The position numbers and the translations under genes were made by a program. The notes below the pieces were generated by a model that saw only the letters and a program-made list of their open reading frames with translations, ran no database searches and was not told the origin of the DNA. From Candidatus Latescibacterota bacterium (GTDB taxonomy: Bacteria; Latescibacterota; UBA2968): a stretch of DNA of 64,000 bases. The stretch lies in contig OZ242010.1 in NCBI GenBank assembly GCA_965204745.1, positions 2,944,001 to 3,008,000 of the forward strand. Reading direction: 5' to 3'. Each line of letters starts with the position of its first letter. The first letter of the stretch is position 1. Shown piece after piece: positions 28,994 through 38,860 of the stretch.

Positions 28994-29729
28994 CGCCTTT
29001 CCACGCCTCGTATTCTACCCGCGCTTCATCCGTCAGGGGATAATACTTTCGCAAATCGCCTCCTTCGGCGAGTTTCATCCGGCTGAAGACCTCCCACTCG
29101 GCGTGTTCGGTCGCCTTTTCGGCCAGCTCGGGCGCGAGTTTGATCGGCACCACCACCGCGCCATCGTCATCCGCGATGACGATATCCCCGGGCATGACCA
29201 GCGTGCCCCCACACGAGACGGGCACATTCACGGCAAAGGGAAAAATATCGGTCTGCGCGTGAAAATTGGGCGTCGCGCCCTTCAGCCACAACCCGAGATC
29301 CAATTCTCGCGCATGGGGAAAGTCGCGGATACACCCATCGATCACGGCCCCTTGACCGCCTTGACCGCAAAAATAGGTCAGCATCATCTCGCCGAAAACC
29401 CCGCTGCTCATGTTGCCGCACGCATCCACCACGATCACATCCCCCGGTTGCGTGTGGTACAGTGCGTGGCGGTGCAACTGCCGCTCGGGCCCTTGGTACT
29501 CGCCCGACGCGTGCAAATCCTCGCGCTTGGGCATGAATTGCAGGGTCAGCGCAGGCCCACAAACAGATCTGCCCGGGGTTCTCGGCAGAGGGCCCAAAAT
29601 CTGCGGGTCTCGAATGCCCAACTTGAACAACTCGCCGCTGGCGGTCGCGCTGCCGACATGCGACAGCGCGTCGATCAACTCCTTGGGCGGTCGGTCGATA
29701 TCTCGCGTTTGAATGGACTGCATATTCAT
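28983..29729 (-). CDS. RraA family / HMG aldolase-like protein
   Basis: GPALTLQFMP, GVFGEM, IDGCIRD, PGDIVIADDDGAVVVP. Confidence 0.88.
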   Translation of the reverse strand: MNMQSIQTRDIDRPPKELIDALSHVGSATASGELFKLGIRDPQILGPLPRTPGRSVCGPALTLQFMPKREDLHASGEYQGPERQLHRHALYHTQPGDVIVVDACGNMSSGVFGEMMLTYFCGQGGQGAVIDGCIRDFPHARELDLGLWLKGATPNFHAQTDIFPFAVNVPVSCGGTLVMPGDIVIADDDGAVVVPIKLAPELAEKATEHAEWEVFSRMKLAEGGDLRKYYPLTDEARVEYEAWKGGER

Positions 29730-29903
29730 CGTTCACTCCTGTTTTGAAGGTTGGCCCCTGCTCGTCGCAGGCCAATGCCCGTGCCTGCGAGGCAAGGGAG
29801 GGATCATAATTAACGCTGTTTTTCGCAGTTGACAAGAATGGGATTGTTCGGTTTGTTCAGTAGTGCAAGCACGCCATTCTCGTCATCGTCCAAAGGAGGT
29901 ACC

Positions 29904-30776
29904 ATGCTCGGTCTCATCGGACTTGGACTTGTTGGATCAGCACTGATTGAACGCTTTCGCCACAAGGGGTTGGAAATCGCGGGATACGACATCGATCTCG
30001 CAAAAATAAAGGCCCACGAAGGCGATGGTTTTACGCCCTGCACGTCGCCCGCCGATGTCGCTGGCAAAGCGCGGCGCATCGCCTTGTCGCTTCCCGATTC
30101 CCATGTGGTCAACGACGTGGTCACCGGGGACAAGGGCATTTTGTCTGCGGCATTTCCCGGCGCGATCATCGTCGATACCACCACGGCCGATCCCCAAATG
30201 TCAACCGCCCTTGCCAAACGCCTCGAAAGCCGAAGCATCCGCTTTTTGGACGCCACCATTCTCGGCTCTAGCAAGCAAGTGCGCGAGGCCGATGTGCTCG
30301 TGATGGTGGGCGGCACCTTGCCGGTCTTTGAACTGTGTACGGACATTTTCGACGCCTTTGCCCTCAAAACCTTTCACATGGGGCCTTCCGGCAAGGGTGC
30401 GGAAGCCAAACTCATCGTCAACCTCGTGCTCGGCCTCAACCGCCTCGTGTTGGCCGAGGGCTTGGTCTTGGCGCAAAAAACGGGCGTTGACATCGACGTT
30501 TTGCTCGACGTGTTCAAAATGGGCGGCGCGTATTCCCGCGTGATGGACATTAAGGGCGAAAAAATGATCCACGGCGATTTCACCACGCAGGCCGCATTGG
30601 ATCAGCACCTCAAAGACGTGGAACTCATCCTCGACTTGGGCGCGCGCACGGAAACGCCATTGCCCGTCACCGGCCTCCACGCGCAACTCCTCCGCACGGG
30701 CGTCGCCCTCGGCCTCGCAGAACGCGACAACTCCGCCATCGTCGAAGTCTTGCGAAAACTGGCGGGCATTGCCTGA
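29904..30776 (+). CDS. NAD(P)-dependent oxidoreductase, beta-hydroxyacid dehydrogenase family
   Basis: GLIGLGLVG Rossmann motif, DTTT, AKLIVN, KDV; AAGGAGG RBS. Confidence 0.9.
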   Translation: MLGLIGLGLVGSALIERFRHKGLEIAGYDIDLAKIKAHEGDGFTPCTSPADVAGKARRIALSLPDSHVVNDVVTGDKGILSAAFPGAIIVDTTTADPQMSTALAKRLESRSIRFLDATILGSSKQVREADVLVMVGGTLPVFELCTDIFDAFALKTFHMGPSGKGAEAKLIVNLVLGLNRLVLAEGLVLAQKTGVDIDVLLDVFKMGGAYSRVMDIKGEKMIHGDFTTQAALDQHLKDVELILDLGARTETPLPVTGLHAQLLRTGVALGLAERDNSAIVEVLRKLAGIA

Positions 30777-30800
30777 TACATCACACCAAAGGAATATCTC

Positions 30801-31640
30801 ATGATCATCGACACCCACGTTCACTTTTACGACCCGACGCGGCCCGGCGGCGTGCCTTGGCCGCCCAAAGACAACGCCTTGCTCTACCGCCCCATCTTGC
30901 CGCACCACTTTGTCGAGCGCACCAAAAACATGGGCATAACGGGCACGGTCGTCGTTGAAGCCAGCAAGTTGGTCGAGGACAATCAGTGGATTTTGGACCT
31001 CGCGGCAGACAATCCCTGCATCGTCGGCTTTGTGGGCAACTTGGATCCCAAATCCGACGACTTTGAAAAAAACCTCGACCGCTTTTCCGCCAACCCCTTG
31101 TATCGCGGGATTCGCTTGGGCCTTCAGCGCGGCAGCCTGCAAGACCAAAACGCCCTGATGCCGCAACTCCAACAACTGGCGGACCGCGATTTGCAACTCG
31201 ACCTGATGACCAATGGGAAACAACTCGCCACCAACGCCGCGATTGCCGAGCAACTCCCCACTCTGCGCTTGGTCATCGACCATGTGGGGCACGTCGAAGT
31301 CACGGGCGAAGCCCCGGATCCCGAATGGGTGCAGGGCATGCAAACTATCGCCCAATACCCCAATGTGTATTGCAAAGTATCGGGCATGGTGGAACGCGCT
31401 ACCCAACAACCCGCGCCGTCTGACCCTGCGTATTACGCGCCAACTTTGGACGTTCTGTGGGATGCCTTTGGCGAAGACCGCCTGATCTACGGTAGCAACT
31501 GGCTCGTGTGCGAACGCGCGGCCCCTTACGAAACCGTGCTTTCTATCGCCACGCACTACATCGAGACCAAAGGGCCGGAAGCGATGGAGAAGTTCTTCTG
31601 GAAAAATTCCAAAGCCGCTTACAAGTGGATCGAGAGGTGA
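30801..31640 (+). CDS. Amidohydrolase_2 family (sugar lactonase-like)
   Basis: IIDTHVHF, VIDHVG, CKVSG, RLIYGSNW. Confidence 0.88.
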   Translation: MIIDTHVHFYDPTRPGGVPWPPKDNALLYRPILPHHFVERTKNMGITGTVVVEASKLVEDNQWILDLAADNPCIVGFVGNLDPKSDDFEKNLDRFSANPLYRGIRLGLQRGSLQDQNALMPQLQQLADRDLQLDLMTNGKQLATNAAIAEQLPTLRLVIDHVGHVEVTGEAPDPEWVQGMQTIAQYPNVYCKVSGMVERATQQPAPSDPAYYAPTLDVLWDAFGEDRLIYGSNWLVCERAAPYETVLSIATHYIETKGPEAMEKFFWKNSKAAYKWIER

Positions 31641-31782
31641 GATGGGAGAGGTAAGAGGTAAGAGGTAAGAGGCGAGAGAGGGAAGAGGGAAGAGGCGAGA
31701 GGGGTGGCCTTCTCACGTCTTGCCTCTCACCTCTCACCTTTTTGGGCGATGCCCCCGTGTTCGCCCTAAGATACGAGATGGG
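31634..31782. repeat. Composite heptamer / GGTGGCCTTCTC / REP-like repeat
   Basis: same modules as 1078-1192 and 27206-27246. Confidence 0.8.
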
Positions 31783-31922
31783 AGTAGGTGGTTGGTGCAT
31801 GAATTTTTTTGACCAAGTGCAATTTTTGTCTATCATAGCCATATATAAACCACTTGAAGGAAATGCACAATTCATTTTCGCAAAACGATTGTGCAGGACA
31901 TCATGCCGCTGAGGAGACACAA

Positions 31923-33041
31923 ATGAACTTCAAAATTGGAGAACTTTTCTGCGGGCCTGGCGGGTTGGCATTAGGGGCTATGCGGTCCTCTGTCGAGAAG
32001 AATGGCGAACAATACGCTATCAGCCACGCCTGGGCCAACGACTTTGACGAGGACTCGTGCGAAACGTACAGGCAGAATATCGCCCAGGATTCCGTTATAT
32101 GTCGCGCTGTCGAACAACTGGACTTTTCAAGCCTGTCTCCAATTGATATTTTAGCATTTGGATTCCCGTGCAATGATTTTAGTGTCGTAGGCAAAAAAAG
32201 GGGCATAAACGGCGTGTACGGGCCACTCTATTCTTATGGCGTTCGCGCTCTAGAACATTTTAGGCCAAAATGGTTTCTCGCAGAGAATGTTGGCGGACTT
32301 AGAAATGCAAACGACGGACGTGCATTCCAGACCATTCTCAAAGAACTTCAAGATGTGGGATACGCCATAACGCCGCACCTATACCGCTTTGAAGAATACG
32401 GCGTTCCACAAGCGAGACACCGCATCATCATAATAGGCATACGGTCGGATATCCCCGTGACATTCAAAGTGCCTGCGCCGTTTTCAAAGCCACTCCGCAC
32501 CTGCAAAGAGGCGGTTGAAAAACCACCTATACCCGCTGACGCACCAAATAACGAGCGCACAAAACAAGCGACATGGGTCATTGAACGTCTGAAACACATC
32601 AAACCCGGGGAAAACGCATTTACGGCCGACCTTCCCGAACATCTGAAGCTAAACGTCAAAGGCGCGAAAATCAGCCAAATCTACAAAAAATTAGACCCAA
32701 ACAAGCCCGCCTACACGATTACAGGGAGCGGCGGCGGCGGAACACATGTGTATCATTGGAGCGAAGACAGAGCATTGACAAACCGCGAGAGAGCGAGGCT
32801 TCAAACCTTCCCTGACGATTTTATTTTTATTGGATCAAAAGAAAGTGTCAGAAGACAAATAGGTATGGCACTTCCACCGTTGGGATCGCAGGTCATTTTT
32901 GATGCTACCCTGAAGTGTTTCGCAGGTATAGATTATCTCTCGGTTAAACCGAATATCACTCCGACGGGTGATATGATTCGATGCGTACATAAGGCTCCCC
33001 ATAGAACTGACAAGGACGGATTTCTTCCCACCCAGAGGTGA
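31923..33041 (+). CDS. DNA (cytosine-5) methyltransferase, NgoFVII/CglI-like
   Basis: ELFCGPGG (I), GFPCNDFS (IV), ENV (VI), QARHR (VIII), RERARLQTFPD; GSGGGGTHVYHW. Confidence 0.92.
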   Translation: MNFKIGELFCGPGGLALGAMRSSVEKNGEQYAISHAWANDFDEDSCETYRQNIAQDSVICRAVEQLDFSSLSPIDILAFGFPCNDFSVVGKKRGINGVYGPLYSYGVRALEHFRPKWFLAENVGGLRNANDGRAFQTILKELQDVGYAITPHLYRFEEYGVPQARHRIIIIGIRSDIPVTFKVPAPFSKPLRTCKEAVEKPPIPADAPNNERTKQATWVIERLKHIKPGENAFTADLPEHLKLNVKGAKISQIYKKLDPNKPAYTITGSGGGGTHVYHWSEDRALTNRERARLQTFPDDFIFIGSKESVRRQIGMALPPLGSQVIFDATLKCFAGIDYLSVKPNITPTGDMIRCVHKAPHRTDKDGFLPTQR

Positions 33042-33279
33042 ACACTTCACGATACTCACAGATGATAACAAAGCGTTGATTTGTGTACGCCGCCAAGACT
33101 ACGGCAAGGCAATACATACACCCGATAACAATAGCCGTATGGGGCTTTATTTTCGGCACAGACTCAACGTGCCAGAAGGCATGAATATCACAAAAGAAGA
33201 CATGGAGCACTATGGACGCACAGATGTTGATTTCTACAAAATAGACGAAGAAACCTACTATATGGATTTTTCCGTTTGA
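32977..33279 (+). pseudogene. NgoFVII-family restriction endonuclease, C-terminal fragment
   Basis: open frame AYIRLP..FFP..FTILTDD..YFR.RL..YGRTDVDFYKIDEETYYMDFS with no N-terminal PLD domain. Confidence 0.7.
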
Positions 33280-33379
33280 GGGATAAGCCCATTCGCTAGG
33301 TTGTATTGAGATTTACGAGCCATGCAACGGCTTGAGCGATTTATCGAGAAACTCAAGCCCTGACTTTTCGCAGTTCAAA

Positions 33380-33706
33380 GAAGGCATCCCAACAAGTGCT
33401 CTCGCCACCACCCCCCGATCAAGCCATCACGCACAGCGCGCAAGGCCGCCGAAAGTGGAAACGCACCAGTGGCTATCATCGTCGGTCAGTCGTTGAAACT
33501 CACATAAGCCATTACAAGCAACTCATTGGGCGGCAGTTGCGTGCGCGGTGTCAGGATAACCAAGAAACCAAAGCGCGGATAGGCTGTGCCGTGCTCAATC
33601 GCATGTTGATGGTCGCTAAACCCGTGTCCTATCCGGTAGAAAGAGGGGCTTAAATCCAATGGGAAAGGGGCGAACTTCGCCACGACAATATTTATGCAAC
33701 AACGCC
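33380..33706 (+). mobile_element. IS5-family (IS903 group) remnant with right inverted repeat
   Basis: WK..SGYHRRS.VET..K..IG..LRAR..Q..LNRM; ATTTATGCAACAACGCC at 33690-33706 resembles the IS903 end. Confidence 0.8.
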
Positions 33707-33774
33707 TTGAAAAATTAAAGGATTTTTGGTATTGGCGTTCAAATATTGAAAAATGTCGGGGAAAAGGCGCCGAT

Positions 33775-36156
33775 CTACTCGTAGCGCAGCGATTCGATGG
33801 GATTGGCCAGGGCGACTTTGATGGCTTGATAGCTCACGGTGAAAAAGGCGATGATGAGGGAAAGGATACCGGCAAAGGCGAAGAGATGCCACTTGAGCGA
33901 GGTGTGGTACGCAAAGTCATCGAGCCAGCCGGTCATGAAATAGTAGGCCATGGGCGCGGCCAGGGCAAAGGCCATAGCGACCAGTTTGATAAATTCTTTG
34001 GACAGCAGGAGCACCAAATTGGGGATGGACGCGCCCAAGACTTTTCGGATGCCGATTTCTTTGGTGCGTTGTTCGGCGGTAAAGGACGCGAGGCCGAACA
34101 ATCCCAGGCAGGAGATGAAAATGGCGAGAATGGCAAAAAAAGTCGCCAGCGTGCCCATGGTGCTCTCATTTCGGTACATGCTTTCAAATTGTTCGTCTTG
34201 GAAGGAAAACTCGAACGGGCTGTTGGGATTGAATTTTTTGAATGCCCTTTCCATCCCGGCAATGGCTTCGGCGATTTGCCCCGCAACGATCCGCACGAAC
34301 AAAAATTCGGTGCGCGCGGGATCCAGCCGAATGATGAGCGGTTCGATAGCGGTGTATAGGGATTGAAAATGGAAATTTTTGACCATGCCGATAATCTGAC
34401 CTTCGCGCCCAAACCGGAGGCGCGCACCGACCGGGTTTTCCATGCCCATCGCCCGCGCCATTTCTTCGTTCACGATGTAATTGGTGGCATCGCCGGCAAA
34501 ATCTCTGGAAAATTCGCGGCCGTGTGCCAGTTCCATTCGCAGGGTTTTGACCACGTCGTAGTTGGCGTGTAACCTGTGAAAAATGTGTTCTGAATTGGGA
34601 TCTCTGCCTTCCCACATGGCGTCTGTGCCGGTGCTGCTCACCCTGAGCGGGTTGTGCCCGGTGCTGGTCACGGCCACGATGCCCGGTTGTTGCAACAGCT
34701 CTCGCCTCAACGCCTCGTACTGTTTTTTCGCCGCGCCCTCCAACCGCATGTAGATCAAGTTGTCGCGGTCGATACCCAGGTTTTTGTTTCGCATATACGC
34801 GATCTGTTCGTAAACCGTCAGCGTGCCGATGATGAGCAAAATAGAAAGACCAAATTGGAACACCACCAGAACCCGCCGCAACTGACTCGCACCGGACCCG
34901 GGCGCAAAAGAACCGCGCAACGCCACGACGGGATTAAAATTGGACAGGCAAAACGCGGGATAGGTTCCGGCGAGCAACCCCGTCGCGATGGCAATGCCGA
35001 AGAACATGAGCAAAATCTCGATGCCGAAGAGATCGGTCGTGAGGCGTTGACCGATCAAGTCGCTAAACGGCGGCAAAACCAAGAGGACGATGACCAGAGC
35101 GAGCAGGGATGCGAGCAGGGTCATCAAGAGAGATTCGACCATAAACTGCCCGATCAGAATCGCCTTGTGGGCGCCCACCGCTTTGCGAATCCCGATTTCT
35201 CGAGCGCGTTGCGTGGATCGCGCTGTCGAGAGGTTCATAAAATTGATGCTGGCAATCGCGATGATGAACGCGGCGACGACGATGAACATCTGCACGTAGT
35301 CTATCCGCCCGCCGACGAGTTTGCCATTTCTGTAGTCGGAATAGAGATGGATGTCTCGATAGGGTTGTAAAAACGCATCGCTCGTGACGGTTTTGTCATT
35401 TTCCTTGATGATATTTTTGATCTTGGCATTGAATTGATCGATATCCACGCCGCTTTGCAGTTGGACATATAGCCGAAGGTGGTTCGCGGTCCACTGTTCG
35501 AGCCAGGGTTTGTCGGCGCGATAAGACGCCATTGGCAAAATAAAATCATATCTCTGCGTTGAATTTGCGGGCATGTTTTCAAAGACGGCTGTCACCTTAA
35601 AGCTCTTGTCGTCGTATTTTAAGAGCGCGTGCGAATTGTTCACCACAAAGACCTGCCCCAGCGCGGTCGTTCGCCACTCCGAGCCAAAATATCTTTCCGC
35701 CAGTTGCTCTGAGATGGCGATATCGTTCGGCTCGGCTATCGCCATCTCGGGGTTGCCCAAGAGGATGGGAAAGGTGAACACTTTGAAGAAAGCCCCATCC
35801 GCGTGCTGACCGCGCGCTCGAAATGTTTGCTCGCCGTGCGTCAAAAGCATGGGTTGGTTCCAGGTTACGAGCACGGTTTCGGTCACTTCTGGATATCGAT
35901 CTCGCAACAATTTGGCACTCGGCGCGGGGATAGAAGACAAGGTCGAGATTTTGTTCTTGCCGTGATGGTTTCTCATCAGGCGGTAGATTCGGTCGCCTTG
36001 GGTGTGGAATTGGTCGTAGCTGAGTTCGTGCGCGATCCACAGAAAAATTAAAAAACTACAGGCCAAGCCCACGCAGAGGCCCGCGATGTTGATCGCGGAA
36101 TGGGTCTTTTGATGCCAGAAATTGCGAACTGCGGTTTTGAGATAATTTTTGAACAT
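33775..36156 (-). CDS. ABC transporter permease, MacB/FtsX-like duplicated type
   Basis: MFKNYLKTA, INFMNLSTARS..REIGIRKAVGA, LVVFQF, EQRTKEIGIRKVLGA, NPIESLRYE. Confidence 0.92.
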   Translation of the reverse strand: MFKNYLKTAVRNFWHQKTHSAINIAGLCVGLACSFLIFLWIAHELSYDQFHTQGDRIYRLMRNHHGKNKISTLSSIPAPSAKLLRDRYPEVTETVLVTWNQPMLLTHGEQTFRARGQHADGAFFKVFTFPILLGNPEMAIAEPNDIAISEQLAERYFGSEWRTTALGQVFVVNNSHALLKYDDKSFKVTAVFENMPANSTQRYDFILPMASYRADKPWLEQWTANHLRLYVQLQSGVDIDQFNAKIKNIIKENDKTVTSDAFLQPYRDIHLYSDYRNGKLVGGRIDYVQMFIVVAAFIIAIASINFMNLSTARSTQRAREIGIRKAVGAHKAILIGQFMVESLLMTLLASLLALVIVLLVLPPFSDLIGQRLTTDLFGIEILLMFFGIAIATGLLAGTYPAFCLSNFNPVVALRGSFAPGSGASQLRRVLVVFQFGLSILLIIGTLTVYEQIAYMRNKNLGIDRDNLIYMRLEGAAKKQYEALRRELLQQPGIVAVTSTGHNPLRVSSTGTDAMWEGRDPNSEHIFHRLHANYDVVKTLRMELAHGREFSRDFAGDATNYIVNEEMARAMGMENPVGARLRFGREGQIIGMVKNFHFQSLYTAIEPLIIRLDPARTEFLFVRIVAGQIAEAIAGMERAFKKFNPNSPFEFSFQDEQFESMYRNESTMGTLATFFAILAIFISCLGLFGLASFTAEQRTKEIGIRKVLGASIPNLVLLLSKEFIKLVAMAFALAAPMAYYFMTGWLDDFAYHTSLKWHLFAFAGILSLIIAFFTVSYQAIKVALANPIESLRYE

Positions 36157-36230
36157 GGGATGCTCCTATGTCAGTGGGAAAAGGTGAGACACAAGACGGG
36201 AGAAGGGAGAAGGCCACCGCGTTGTTCCTC

Positions 36231-37307
36231 TCAAGTGGTTGCTTCCCTCCTTATATCCACCTCTCGGCCTTCTGCTTGGCTGCGGTAAATGCCATCTAAA
36301 ATCGCCATCACTTGCAGGGATTGCTCTGCGGGGACGGGCGATGGGTTGCCGGTTGCGACTGCTTCGGCAAAGACCATGCACTCGAGCGCGTGGGCTTCGG
36401 TGCGATTGCCCGTGTTTTGCAGGGCGTAATTGTGGTGTTGTTGCGTGTTGTAATCCGAGTAGTAAATCTCGCAATTAGGCAGATGCGCGCCGCCTTGGGT
36501 GCCGTAAAGCCAGATTTGCCGCTCTGCTGAAGGGCCTTGGTGCAGCATCCAACTCGTTTCCAAAATGAGGGATGCCCCGTTTTCAAACCGCACAAACGCC
36601 GCTGCAAAATCCTCCACGTCAAATTCATCGGGGATCGTGCCTCCGCCGCGCCCCATCGTGCTGAACGCGCCCTTTTGACTCGCGAGTTCGGCCTTTGCCA
36701 CGCCGGTCACGGCCACAGGGTTGGGATTGCCCATCAGCCACAAGGTCAGGTCCAAAACGTGAACCCCGATGTCGATGCACGGCCCACCGCCGCTGTGCTT
36801 TTTCATGATGAACCCCGGTCGCGCGGGAACGCCGGATCGCCGCAACATCCAGCATCGCGCGTGGTACACATCCCCCAAAACCCCGGTCTCCAATTCCCGC
36901 TTCATCGCCAGAGACGCGCCTGAAAACCGAGCCGATTGCGCGCACATCAGCAACTTGCCTGCCTGGTCGCGTGCGGCGATCATGTCTTTCACCAATTCCG
37001 GCTTGGGCGCGAGCGGCTTTTCGCAAATCACATGCTTGCCCGCGTCCAACGCGCCGATAGACAGGGGCGCGTGATAATTGTTCGGGGTACACACATCCAC
37101 GATGTCGATTTCTGAATCCGCGAACAAATCTTCGGGATCCGCGTACAATTTTTCGATCCCGTGTTGTTCGCCCCACGCCTTCAGGACCTCCTCGCCAATA
37201 TCACTTCCCGCCACCAATTCGGCATGTTCCGATGCCTGCCACCCGGGAACATGCGTGCGCGCAATCCCTCCCACGCCCACAATGCCCACCTTCAACTTGT
37301 CTGCCAT
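36231..37307 (-). CDS. Gfo/Idh/MocA oxidoreductase
   Basis: VGIVGVGGIA, HVICEKPLA, GGGPCIDIGVH. Confidence 0.92.
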   Translation of the reverse strand: MADKLKVGIVGVGGIARTHVPGWQASEHAELVAGSDIGEEVLKAWGEQHGIEKLYADPEDLFADSEIDIVDVCTPNNYHAPLSIGALDAGKHVICEKPLAPKPELVKDMIAARDQAGKLLMCAQSARFSGASLAMKRELETGVLGDVYHARCWMLRRSGVPARPGFIMKKHSGGGPCIDIGVHVLDLTLWLMGNPNPVAVTGVAKAELASQKGAFSTMGRGGGTIPDEFDVEDFAAAFVRFENGASLILETSWMLHQGPSAERQIWLYGTQGGAHLPNCEIYYSDYNTQQHHNYALQNTGNRTEAHALECMVFAEAVATGNPSPVPAEQSLQVMAILDGIYRSQAEGREVDIRREATT

Positions 37308-37450
37308 TTTGCCTCCTAAAAAAACGAGCGGTCAGTCCATACATCGCCTCGGCACTGATCGCTCATGGTACGAAATGGCCCGTACATTGTCAACTCAGAC
37401 TGTATCCGAATATCATTCCCGCCGTGTGCGTGCCCTGTCCTTTTCGCAAG

Positions 37451-37772
37451 CCCTATCCCCCCGGCCCCGTTATTCGCTTCGCTCATTGTAGGCTACGCCT
37501 GTGCCTACAAGGAAGATACAAGGGGGAATGGCGAGAGGTCTTCCGAGGGGAATGGCGATAGGTTTTTTGGGGTTCATGGCGTGATCCATTCGCTCAAAGT
37601 CATCAAAACAGGCCTGGATGCAAACCTTCAAGAAAACCATGCGCTCCCCCTTTCCTCGTAGGAAAGGGGGCCGGGGGGATAGGGCTATGGCGGTAGGGCG
37701 GTGGGGGTAATCCGCGCAATCCCCTAATCCGTTTAATCCGCGATTCAGACACGGCGGGGACAGGACGGGCAC
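37451..37772. repeat. Palindromic MITE/REP-like composite element
   Basis: CCCTATCCCCCCGGCCCC ... GGGGCCGGGGGGATAGGG inverted ends (37451-37684); body matches 51170-51640 in reverse. Confidence 0.8.
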
Positions 37773-37799
37773 ACACGGGCCGCTGGGCCGGGAGGCGGA

Positions 37800-38504
37800 C
37801 TACTGACTGCTGGTCATCATCGTTCTCAACTCGGCCTCATCCACATCGCGCGCCTCGGCTTCGCGTATCAAGCGGCCTTGCAAGAGGATGCCAAAGCGGT
37901 CTGCGAGCGCGAGGCCGTGGGCGAAATCGTGTGTCACCAAAAAGAGGGTGCGGCCCTCGGCTTTGAGGCCGATGAGCAGATCGGACAACATCGTTTGCGC
38001 CGAGGTGTCCAGCCCGGTAAATGGCTCGTCTAACAAGAGGATCGGCGGTTGGTGCAAGATAGATCGCGCTATCGCCAATCGCTGTTTCATCCCCCGAGAG
38101 AATGCGCGCACGCGGTCGTGCTGGCGGTGCGATAGGCCGACGCTGATCAGGACTTCTTCGACGCGGGCATCGAGATTTTGAATCCCGTACATGCGACCGT
38201 AAAACGCGAGATTTTCCCGCGCCGTGAGGTCGTCGTATAGCATGGTGTGATGGGAGATGAAGCCGATGTTTTTGCGTATCTGCTCCGGGTCGCGGCGGGC
38301 GTTGTCACCGCAGACCCAAATTTCGCCGGACGATGGTTTTGTCAATGCGGCGATCAAGCGCAACAAGGTCGTTTTGCCCGCGCCATTTGGGCCAAAGAGC
38401 GCGAAGGTTTGGCCCGTTGGCACGACGAGATCGATGTTTTGCAGGGCCGCGAAATGACCAAAGCTACGGGTCAAATTCCGGATGACAATGGCGGCTGTGA
38501 TCAT
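37800..38504 (-). CDS. ccmA: Heme exporter-type ABC ATPase
   Basis: GPNGAGKTT, LYDDLTARENL, FSRGMKQR, LDEPFTGLD. Confidence 0.75.
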   Translation of the reverse strand: MITAAIVIRNLTRSFGHFAALQNIDLVVPTGQTFALFGPNGAGKTTLLRLIAALTKPSSGEIWVCGDNARRDPEQIRKNIGFISHHTMLYDDLTARENLAFYGRMYGIQNLDARVEEVLISVGLSHRQHDRVRAFSRGMKQRLAIARSILHQPPILLLDEPFTGLDTSAQTMLSDLLIGLKAEGRTLFLVTHDFAHGLALADRFGILLQGRLIREAEARDVDEAELRTMMTSSQ

Positions 38505-38520
38505 GATTGGGAGATGGGGG

Positions 38521-38860
38521 TTAGCCACAAAAGGCACAAAAGGCACAAAAGGCACGAGCGGGGTACAACTGGCGATAGCCAGTTCAAAGGCGACAGTGTG
38601 TAGAGGCGATGCCCCCATGCTCGCCCAAAGATACAAGAGGGAGACGAGAGGTAAAACATCCGGCCAACACCGCGCTTTGGGGTGACGGGGTAACTGACAA
38701 CTGACAGCAGTCAGTGGTCAGTCCCCACCTGACCCTACCGCCCAAGTAGTCAGTAGTCAGTCCCCGCCCGCTCCCCACCGCTATGTTCGTTAGAATTAGT
38801 CAACTGACAACTGACAACTGACAACTGACAACTGACAACTGACAACTGACTACTGACTAC
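38521..38860. repeat. Cluster of AAAGGCAC, REP-like and (CTGACAA)n repeats
   Basis: about 8 heptamer copies at 38801-38859 plus the other modules. Confidence 0.85.
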
